A stretch of 64,000 bases of DNA from Akkermansiaceae bacterium (lineage in GTDB: Bacteria; Verrucomicrobiota; Verrucomicrobiia; Verrucomicrobiales; Akkermansiaceae): NCBI GenBank assembly GCA_051251915.1, contig JBPOGF010000010.1, positions 1 to 64,000 on the forward strand, in the 5' to 3' direction. Position 1 is the first letter of the stretch. Every line of letters begins with the position of its first letter. The notes beneath the pieces are model-generated. The model saw nothing but the letters and a program-made list of their open reading frames with translations, did not search any database and had not been told where the DNA came from. Positions 49,027-56,946 of the stretch are shown piece by piece. Both the position numbers and the translations under genes were made by a program.

Positions 49027-50532
49027 ATGTATAAGACCCTGAGAACTATAATTGGTCTGCTGGCTGTGATGAATTTCACCAATGCAGCAAGTCTAACGGA
49101 TGATAAACCTAACATCATTTTTGTGATGACTGATGACCAAGGTTATCCTGTGTTGGGGGCACATGGTCATCCGTGGATTAAGACTCCAAATATTGATGCG
49201 ATGTATGGGAGGTCTGTTCGGTTTGATCGCTTTATGATGGGGTCAACTTGTGCGCCTAGTAGAGCTGGTATTATGACGGGGAATCATTCGATTAGAAATG
49301 GCGTGACTCATACAATTTATGAGCGTGAGCGGCTTAATTTGGAGGCGATTACGATACCTCAAGTTCTCAAGCTGGCAGGATACAAGTCTGGATATTTTGG
49401 TAAATGGCACCTTGGTGATGAAGATGCTTACCAACCTGAGAACCGTGGGTTTGATGAAGTTTTCATTCATGGTGCAGGTGGGATAGGGCAGGCATATCCT
49501 GGGTCCTGTGCTGATGTTCCGAAGAATGGATATTTTAATCCTGTGTTTAAGCAGAATGGAACTTTTGTGAAATCGGAGGGGTATTGTACTGATGTTTTAT
49601 TTAAGGCTACGTTGGGGTGGATTAAGTCAGTGAAAGACTCTGAGGAACCGTTCTTTGCCTACTTATCTACTAACGCTCCGCATGGTCCGTTCATCGCACC
49701 GCCAGCGTATCAGAAACGGTTTGAGGATTTAGGGTTTAGTAAAAAAACGGCGGGATTTTATGGGATGATCGAGCACATCGATTCTAATATGGGAGCTATG
49801 TTTGCCAAGTTGGATGAGTGGGGGTTGACGGAGAATACGATCGTCATTTATACCTCTGATGATGGCATGACAAGAGGTGGTTGTGGCCTGAAGGGCTTTG
49901 ATGGGCGACCACAGAAGAAGCTAGGAAATGATACAGAAGGGAATTCTATGATGTCTTATAACGCTGGTATGAAAGGTCTTAAAGGTACGGTGGATGAGGG
50001 TGGGGTTCGTGCTCCATTTATTGTTCAGTGGGGTGGAGTGCTTAAGGAAGGGCATACTGTGAAGACGGTTGCGAGTTACTTGGATATCCTTCCTACTTTA
50101 GCTGAGCTTGGAGGGGCTAAACTTCCAGAGAGTCAGACTTTTGAAGGGCGTAGCTTGAAGCCGTTGCTGATGGAGAAAGATGCGGTTTGGGAAGATCGGT
50201 TTCTTTTCCAGCATGTGACTCGATGGGATCGAGGAGCGAATCCTGATGAATTTAAATGGAAAAAATATTCTGTTAGAAGCCAGAAGTTTCGCCTAGTAGA
50301 AGGGGTGCTTTACGACATGATAAATGATCCTGAGCAGACGAAAGATGTGAGTTCTGAGCATCCTGAATTGGTGAAACTGATGAAGGAGAAATATGGAGCA
50401 TTCTGGGATGAGGTGCGACCGTTAATGATTAATGATGGTGTTACACTGGCGAAAGAGAAGCCATTTCATGTGGATTATAAACAGCAGAAAGAAAGTAAAG
50501 GAATACCAGCTTGGGAAGAGCCTAAGCTGTAG
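49027..50532 (+). CDS. Formylglycine-dependent sulfatase
   Basis: PNIIFVMTDDQG, CAPSR and GKWHLG motifs; start taken at MYKTL. Confidence 0.95.
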   Translation: MYKTLRTIIGLLAVMNFTNAASLTDDKPNIIFVMTDDQGYPVLGAHGHPWIKTPNIDAMYGRSVRFDRFMMGSTCAPSRAGIMTGNHSIRNGVTHTIYERERLNLEAITIPQVLKLAGYKSGYFGKWHLGDEDAYQPENRGFDEVFIHGAGGIGQAYPGSCADVPKNGYFNPVFKQNGTFVKSEGYCTDVLFKATLGWIKSVKDSEEPFFAYLSTNAPHGPFIAPPAYQKRFEDLGFSKKTAGFYGMIEHIDSNMGAMFAKLDEWGLTENTIVIYTSDDGMTRGGCGLKGFDGRPQKKLGNDTEGNSMMSYNAGMKGLKGTVDEGGVRAPFIVQWGGVLKEGHTVKTVASYLDILPTLAELGGAKLPESQTFEGRSLKPLLMEKDAVWEDRFLFQHVTRWDRGANPDEFKWKKYSVRSQKFRLVEGVLYDMINDPEQTKDVSSEHPELVKLMKEKYGAFWDEVRPLMINDGVTLAKEKPFHVDYKQQKESKGIPAWEEPKL

Positions 50533-50555
50533 GTCGGTTATTTTTAGCCAAGTAA

Positions 50556-50577
50556 ATAACATCTTCATGCTATAGAC
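50556..50577 (+). promoter_or_regulatory. Conserved 22-bp upstream box
   Basis: ATAACATCTTCATGCTATAGAC; matches the copies at 55967 and 56807. Confidence 0.6.
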
Positions 50578-50599
50578 TGAGGTGTGTTTTTCTGAGAGG

Positions 50600-53107
50600 A
50601 TGAATCACACTTATCTATATTTTACCATTATGACTCCATTGAAACATCGTCACAAAATTTACAAGCAAGTCAGCTTTCTGTTAAGCTTCTGCGTTTCAGC
50701 AATGACTCTAACAGCTGAAACTAAGCCGAATGTCATCCTGGTGATGACGGATGACCAGGGGTATGGGGATTTGGGGTGCCATGGGAATAGTATTTTGAAG
50801 ACGCCGGAGCTGGATAGGCTGCATGCGGAGTCTGTTAGATTTACGGATTTCCATGTGAGTCCGTTTTGTACACCGACTAGGGCGGCTTTGATGACGGGGA
50901 ATCATCCTGGGTATACTGGAGCTTATCGTACGAGTTCGGGGCGCTCCTTGATGCATGCGGATGAGAAGACTGTGGCGGATCTTTTTGCCAGTGCTGGCTA
51001 TGTCACTGGCATGGCTGGTAAGTGGCATCTTGGTGATAATGCGCCGCACCGTCCGCAAGATCGTGGTTTTCAGGATGTGGTTTGGCATCGATGTGGTGGC
51101 ATTGGTCAGGCGTCTGACTATTGGGGGAATGATTATTTCGATGACACGTATGCTGTAGTAAAGCCAGGTAGCCGAGTAGAGAAGTTTGAGAAATTTGAGG
51201 GCTACTGTACTGATGTCTTTTTCCGTGAGTGTATGAGATTTGTCGGTGAGAATAAGGACAAGCCATTCTTCTACTATCTTGCACTCAATGCACCTCATGG
51301 TCCGTATTACGTAGCTCCAGAGTGGGCTGCCCCCTATAAAGGAATCAAGAATGTGGCGAATCCAAATTTTTACGGGATGATCGCTAACTTTGATCACAAC
51401 ATGGGGCTCCTGCGCAAAAACTTAGAGGAACAAGGATTAGCAGAAAATACGATTCTGATCTTTATGACGGATAATGGGACATCGGCTGGCGCAAAGTTCA
51501 AGGGCTTGGATTCCGAAGCTCTTATAGGCTACAATGCTGGGATGCGTGGGAAGAAGTCATCAGTATATGATGGCGGTCACCGTGTGCCATTTTTTATTCA
51601 CTGGCCGAAAGGTGGGCTGACTGGAGGTAAGGATATAGAGACCATTGGGGCGCATATTGATGTGCTACCTACGCTTGCGGAACTCTGCGGTATCAAGGTA
51701 GGAGAAGGGTATGATGCAGATGGCATTTCACTGAAACCACTACTGGATGGATCAGACAAGCCATGGAAGCGCGAGCATCATGTGGTGCAGTATCATGGCG
51801 GAGCTCATGGGGCCGCGATGCCAGCGGGTCCGTTGGCCTTCTCAGTAGTTCTAACAGAACGCTGGCGTTTGGTGAATTCCAATGGGCAATTTTTATTCGA
51901 TATTGAGGCTGATCCTGCGCAGCGTGAGGATGTGTCTGGCGATCATCCGGAAGTTGTGAAGAGGTTACGAGCGCTCTATGATCCATTTTGGGAGAAGGTT
52001 TCACCGAGGTTGACGCCGGTGCGTATTGATGTGGGCGATCCTGGTGAGCCATTGACGGCGCTTTGTTCACAGGATTGGTTTATGGATAAGGGGAATCCGC
52101 CATGGAATTTTGGAGAGATAAGAAGGCTGCCAAGGAAAACGGGTCCGTGGATGCTGGATGTGAAGCGTGCTGGGCGTTATCGGTTGACACTGCGCCAGTG
52201 GCCAGCCGAGGCGAATAAGCCAGTGATCGCGGTGCGTGCGAAAGTGGAGGTAGCTGGGAAAGAACAATCTGGGCCAGTGACTTCAGGTTGCAAGGCTGTC
52301 GTTGTTGAGATGGATTTGCCTGCTGGACCTGCGGAGCTGAAAACTTACCTCTATGATAAGGAGGGTAAAGCGGGTGGGGCGTATTTTACTGATGTGGAAT
52401 GGCTGGGCGAGAGCGCTAAGTTACCCAAGCCTGCAGAGGCTCCACAGAGTGTGGTTCGCGCTACTGAATCAGAATTACCTAAAGCCAAAGCAGCTCAACA
52501 AAAGTTCGATTTCAAGGCTGAATTGAAAGGGAAGAAATCATGGGAAACACACTCTTTTGCTGAAGCCGCGAAAATGGTTTGGGATGGAGTGGATCTGAGT
52601 GGAATGACTCTTACATTTTCTGCTCACAACTTCGGATACAATGATTCTATGAAGAAGGTGAACTTCTCTGGTTCGACTCTCAATACCACAGGGAATCAAC
52701 CCTTCATCAATGCTGATTTGAATGGTGCCGACTTTTCAGGAGCGATATTCAATATCAAAGGGCATGCTGGTAAAAATATGACTGCCTTTCGTGATGCTAA
52801 GCTAACAGGGGCAAATTTCTCTGGAATAACATGGGGAGAATCTACCGAGGGACTAATGAAAAAAACGGACTTCTTTTTCAGTGGTGGACCGGGATCTACT
52901 TCAGTTGCGGATAAGGATCTTGCCGTTACCTTTGAGGGTGCCGACCTCAGTCTCATCACTGGTGTAGCTAAGATCTCGATGATTAAAAATCTGGGCAAGC
53001 TTGATGGTAAAACACCCATTGGAGCGAAATACGATGCGTCCACATTGGCTAAGTCTGGCTGGAAAGCAGCTGAGCTGGATGCAGCCGGTTGGCAGAGTGT
53101 GAAATAA
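50600..53107 (+). CDS. Sulfatase with C-terminal pentapeptide-repeat-like extension
   Basis: PNVILVMTDDQG, CTPTR and GKWHLG motifs; tail with NADLNGADFSGA and DAKLTGANFSG; start uncertain. Confidence 0.9.
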   Translation: MNHTYLYFTIMTPLKHRHKIYKQVSFLLSFCVSAMTLTAETKPNVILVMTDDQGYGDLGCHGNSILKTPELDRLHAESVRFTDFHVSPFCTPTRAALMTGNHPGYTGAYRTSSGRSLMHADEKTVADLFASAGYVTGMAGKWHLGDNAPHRPQDRGFQDVVWHRCGGIGQASDYWGNDYFDDTYAVVKPGSRVEKFEKFEGYCTDVFFRECMRFVGENKDKPFFYYLALNAPHGPYYVAPEWAAPYKGIKNVANPNFYGMIANFDHNMGLLRKNLEEQGLAENTILIFMTDNGTSAGAKFKGLDSEALIGYNAGMRGKKSSVYDGGHRVPFFIHWPKGGLTGGKDIETIGAHIDVLPTLAELCGIKVGEGYDADGISLKPLLDGSDKPWKREHHVVQYHGGAHGAAMPAGPLAFSVVLTERWRLVNSNGQFLFDIEADPAQREDVSGDHPEVVKRLRALYDPFWEKVSPRLTPVRIDVGDPGEPLTALCSQDWFMDKGNPPWNFGEIRRLPRKTGPWMLDVKRAGRYRLTLRQWPAEANKPVIAVRAKVEVAGKEQSGPVTSGCKAVVVEMDLPAGPAELKTYLYDKEGKAGGAYFTDVEWLGESAKLPKPAEAPQSVVRATESELPKAKAAQQKFDFKAELKGKKSWETHSFAEAAKMVWDGVDLSGMTLTFSAHNFGYNDSMKKVNFSGSTLNTTGNQPFINADLNGADFSGAIFNIKGHAGKNMTAFRDAKLTGANFSGITWGESTEGLMKKTDFFFSGGPGSTSVADKDLAVTFEGADLSLITGVAKISMIKNLGKLDGKTPIGAKYDASTLAKSGWKAAELDAAGWQSVK

Positions 53108-53108
53108 T

Positions 53109-53744
53109 TTATCGTTTCCTAAATTTCTGCATGATCTCTGCTCGTGAGTGGATGTGGAGCTTGCTGTAGACTTTGCGGACATGGCTGCGCACGGTGTCGA
53201 TGCTGACGTGGAGTTCATCGCCAATCAGCTTGTAGGATTTCCCCTCGATGAGTAAGTCTAGTACTTCTTGCTCGCGTGGTGTGAGAGCTACCTCTGGTTT
53301 GGGACTTGGTGCGCGGTGGAAGAATCCCACTACTTGACGGGCAATGTGTGGCGACATGGGTGAGCCACCATCGCGCGCTACGTGTAGAGCCTCGACGATT
53401 TCAGCAGGTGGGGTGCTTTTTAAAAGATAGCCGCAAGCTCCTGCGCGGAGTGCCTCAAATATTAGTTCATCTTCCTCATACATGGTGAGCACTAGACAGA
53501 CTAGAGATGGGCAGAGCTCTTTGAGCTCGGCGATGCATTCGATCCCATTTTTCCCTGGAAGATTGATGTCCACCAGCGCTACAGCAGGTGGATTGGTTGA
53601 GATTTGTTTGAGTGCCTCTTCGGAGCTGCCGTAGATCGCTTGGCAGTCGATGGTAGATCCGGGGAGATTGAAAAATTTCTCCATCGCACTGGAGTAGGGT
53701 TTGCTATCTTCGATGAGGACGATGGGAATGGTGCAGTCAGACAT
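53109..53744 (-). CDS. NarL/LuxR family response regulator
   Basis: REC (LVDINLP) plus LTPREQEVL..TVRSHVRKVYSKL HTH. Confidence 0.93.
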   Translation of the reverse strand: MSDCTIPIVLIEDSKPYSSAMEKFFNLPGSTIDCQAIYGSSEEALKQISTNPPAVALVDINLPGKNGIECIAELKELCPSLVCLVLTMYEEDELIFEALRAGACGYLLKSTPPAEIVEALHVARDGGSPMSPHIARQVVGFFHRAPSPKPEVALTPREQEVLDLLIEGKSYKLIGDELHVSIDTVRSHVRKVYSKLHIHSRAEIMQKFRKR

Positions 53745-53755
53745 GGTTTATTTGG

Positions 53756-55906
53756 CTAAGTTAGGGGTAGTTTCATTTCGACGATAGTGCCACTTGGCTC
53801 ACGGGGCAACCATTCACAGCTGCCTCCTATGTCATTGAGGCGTCTGGACATATTTTTCAGCCCATAGTGACCAGGTCCAGCTTCTTCCTCTGGAAGTCCA
53901 CAACCGTTGTCTGTCACGCGGACGATGAATTGTTTGCCATCCTGGCGCAAAGCGACTTCAACCTCGCTCGCGTCAGCGTGCTTGACGATGTTCTGGAGAG
54001 CTTCTTTAAAGGTAAGTGCCACTTCATGGCGAATACCAGCTCTGAGTTTGATATATTGCCATTCATTGGGACTAATGACACGGCAGGTGATGCCAAGTGG
54101 TGATAGGTAGGCGTCCGCATACTGCATGAGGAAGGTGGCTAGAGCAGTGAGGGTGTTATTTCTGGGATTCACAGCCCATACCGCCTCGTTGAGCGATGCC
54201 ATGGTCTCACGAATGTTGGATGTCATCGCTGATAGATCGGTTTTTGCGGCATTAGGAAGTTGATGTTCCAGAGCGAACACATCTTGGAGCACTGCGAGCT
54301 GAGCTAGACGAGCGCCGACATCATCGTGCATGTTCATGGCGATACGTGAACGCTCGGTCTCTATTGCGGATGATGCTTGCAGTTGCTTGATTTTCTGGCG
54401 AGAGAAGTAGCGAGTAGATAGCATGCCTACCAGCAAGGTAGCGCCGACGATCAACCACAGAAAAGCCTGAGTTTGGGTGAACCTAGCATCCACTGTGATC
54501 GGAATTTTCAAGACAGATGCATCCCAGCTGCCATCACTGTGAGCCGCTTGAATTTCTAGTATGTGGTCACCAGCTGGAGGGCAGGGGATTTCTAATAACA
54601 ATGTGTTCGAAATCTGCCAGCTCTTATCATCACTTCCTACCCTCCAACGATAAATGCGGTCATATGGCTTTCCAGTCTGTGGTATTTCAAACTGTAGACC
54701 TAGACGCCTAATTTCGGGAGGAATCTTTAGCTCGGTGTCCTTTAGAAGAGGCTGATTATCCATCGCTATGCCGGCCAGCTGCGCAGTACGCGTTTCATAG
54801 ACCTCCAGCTCGGCGAGCATAGGAGCGCCTTTTACATTACTTTCTGTAGATATACGGATATAGCGGCCACGAAACTGCCCCTCACCATCAGCCTCGCGTA
54901 AAATATCTACGCCTCCCTGATCAGCGTATGTTCCAGCGGGTCGATTGAGTGTCTGCCAGGTTGGAGTAGCGCCCTCTTTAGGATCTTGTTCGTAGACTTT
55001 AATCCTCATTTTGCCGAAGCGATTTAGATTATATTCATCCCCTCGTTGACGTAGTCCTATGTGATCTAAGATTCGCTGTTGGCCTAGATCTATTTCAAAG
55101 TAAAAACCCTCATTCTCACCATGGGCTTTGGGATGTGCTAGCGTCGATGGCCAGCCATCTGTCAGTGCGCTTGGTAGCATCTGTACAAAGACTGAATATG
55201 CTTGTCCAGTTATATGGAGAGGATGAGTGGCTGTGACTGGTGCTCCCAGAGCTATATTGGTAGTAGAGCTCAGCTCTTCTACACGGAATTCCGTGAGCAT
55301 AAAGTCGCCATTGGCAGCCCAAGCCATAGCTGGTCCGAGGTCCGACTGCTCGGCACGAATAACGGGATATACCTGAATTCGGAAGCCCGTGACTGATTTG
55401 CCCAGCAGGCGGCTTGAGATCCGATAAACTTCATCTGGAATCATACCTGTCACTACATAAGACACTTCCTTGGCTAAAAGATGATTATTACTATCTGAAG
55501 AAAGTTCAGCATTGATCGCGCTATAATTTAATATTGGCAGTGGCTGCCAATTTCCATCTTTTGAGGGTCTCGTATCTGTAGTGTAGCTGACAGAGAAATC
55601 AGCAAAGGCGGAATGAGGTCGACCAGACATGAAGCACATCGAAAGCTCTATATGGTCTGCATACATGGGCTTAGCTAGAGTGAATATAGCTGATTGAGGC
55701 GATGCCAATTTCTTACCAATACTCCACCCAGCGGCCGAAGCATTCCTACCATCAATAGTGAGGTTCAGTGCATCCTGTGTCCCAGCATGATGTGTCGCTT
55801 CCACTTTGGAAAAAGCAACCGGTTTGCGAGCCCACGCGGAATTCATGAACACCATCAGGAAGCAGGTCAATACCCAGAAGGGGAGTTTATTGTGGTGAGA
55901 AACCAT
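53756..55906 (-). CDS. Sensor histidine kinase (HisKA_3 type) with large extracytoplasmic discoidin-like region
   Basis: Signal peptide, FEIDLG..RYIRI discoidin-like segment, TM, ERSRIAMNMHDDVG, EALQNIVKH, DNGCG and GLKNM motifs. Confidence 0.88.
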   Translation of the reverse strand: MVSHHNKLPFWVLTCFLMVFMNSAWARKPVAFSKVEATHHAGTQDALNLTIDGRNASAAGWSIGKKLASPQSAIFTLAKPMYADHIELSMCFMSGRPHSAFADFSVSYTTDTRPSKDGNWQPLPILNYSAINAELSSDSNNHLLAKEVSYVVTGMIPDEVYRISSRLLGKSVTGFRIQVYPVIRAEQSDLGPAMAWAANGDFMLTEFRVEELSSTTNIALGAPVTATHPLHITGQAYSVFVQMLPSALTDGWPSTLAHPKAHGENEGFYFEIDLGQQRILDHIGLRQRGDEYNLNRFGKMRIKVYEQDPKEGATPTWQTLNRPAGTYADQGGVDILREADGEGQFRGRYIRISTESNVKGAPMLAELEVYETRTAQLAGIAMDNQPLLKDTELKIPPEIRRLGLQFEIPQTGKPYDRIYRWRVGSDDKSWQISNTLLLEIPCPPAGDHILEIQAAHSDGSWDASVLKIPITVDARFTQTQAFLWLIVGATLLVGMLSTRYFSRQKIKQLQASSAIETERSRIAMNMHDDVGARLAQLAVLQDVFALEHQLPNAAKTDLSAMTSNIRETMASLNEAVWAVNPRNNTLTALATFLMQYADAYLSPLGITCRVISPNEWQYIKLRAGIRHEVALTFKEALQNIVKHADASEVEVALRQDGKQFIVRVTDNGCGLPEEEAGPGHYGLKNMSRRLNDIGGSCEWLPREPSGTIVEMKLPLT

Positions 55907-55966
55907 AGAATGGTCATTTTTTAGCGATATGATGGCGTATGGTCAATCGATAAACTAGCATGAAAT

Positions 55967-55988
55967 ATCACATTGTCATGCGATAGAC
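55967..55988 (+). promoter_or_regulatory. Conserved 22-bp upstream box
   Basis: ATCACATTGTCATGCGATAGAC upstream of the PEP-CTERM gene. Confidence 0.7.
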
Positions 55989-56104
55989 GAGGAATGGATT
56001 TTCTGGCAATATCAAATAGTAAAACAGATAATGCTCTCGCTTTCACACGTGATATGAGTGTTTCTGAATATTTTATCACATTAAAAAACTAATAAATAAG
56101 AATA

Positions 56105-56725
56105 ATGAAAAAACTACTACAAATATCATCGGTTGTAATGATTACATCTGTTTCTGCAAGTGCCGCTAGCTTAGCCGTGTATAATTTTGAAAATGCGACT
56201 AATCGCAACGAAGATTCGGCCAATCTAATTAATGCAACGGATCTAGTTAATGCGGGTAATCAAAATAACTCAGTTCCAGCTGTAGACTATTATAACGGCA
56301 CACGAGGTGGACAGCATGCAAATGCCCTCAACACAGCTGGATTAACTGATTTTGTATCTTGGACAACAGCTGGTCTTGCTGGAGAGAACATTACTTATGA
56401 AAATGTGTCTGCGTTCTTTGGCAGCAATGGCGGCTCTTTTACACCAGCTCTATCATACGAGATTGGTGCCGGTTCATCCGTAGCTGCAGGGACGGGTACT
56501 ACTCCTGCTTTGCAAACATTCAACCAACAAACGTTCAATTTTGCTGACTTCACTACAGACGAAACAGTCACTTGGACGATAACTTTCACTAAAGTATCTG
56601 GAGGTAATGACCGTTTGCGATTTGATGATCTCACAGTTACAGGAACAGTTGTCCCAGAGCCTAGCAGCACTGCTCTTCTCGGACTCGGTGGTCTAGCCTT
56701 GATCGCTCGCCGCCGACGCGGGTAG
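56105..56725 (+). CDS. PEP-CTERM surface protein
   Basis: Signal peptide; VPEPSSTALLGLGGLALIARRRR. Confidence 0.93.
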   Translation: MKKLLQISSVVMITSVSASAASLAVYNFENATNRNEDSANLINATDLVNAGNQNNSVPAVDYYNGTRGGQHANALNTAGLTDFVSWTTAGLAGENITYENVSAFFGSNGGSFTPALSYEIGAGSSVAAGTGTTPALQTFNQQTFNFADFTTDETVTWTITFTKVSGGNDRLRFDDLTVTGTVVPEPSSTALLGLGGLALIARRRRG

Positions 56726-56752
56726 GAATAATAAATTTTGTGTTTAATATTT

Positions 56753-56790
56753 ATCCCTGGTTGATCTTCGGATCTGCTAGGGATTTTTTT
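56753..56790 (+). terminator. Rho-independent terminator
   Basis: ATCCCTGG..GATC-TTCG-GATC..CTAGGGAT followed by a T tract. Confidence 0.8.
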
Positions 56791-56806
56791 ATGTGAAATA
56801 GGTGAA

Positions 56807-56828
56807 ATCACATCATCATGCGATAGAC
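56807..56828 (+). promoter_or_regulatory. Conserved 22-bp upstream box
   Basis: ATCACATCATCATGCGATAGAC upstream of the beta-helix gene. Confidence 0.7.
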
Positions 56829-56946
56829 TAGAGCTTGTCAGATAATTATCTTACAAGCATACGCACTGACATCCTAAAAAATAAGGATCTCGAAACTGAT
56901 CAATTATTCAAAATAACAACGTAATAAACTAGGTAATTTTTAACCA

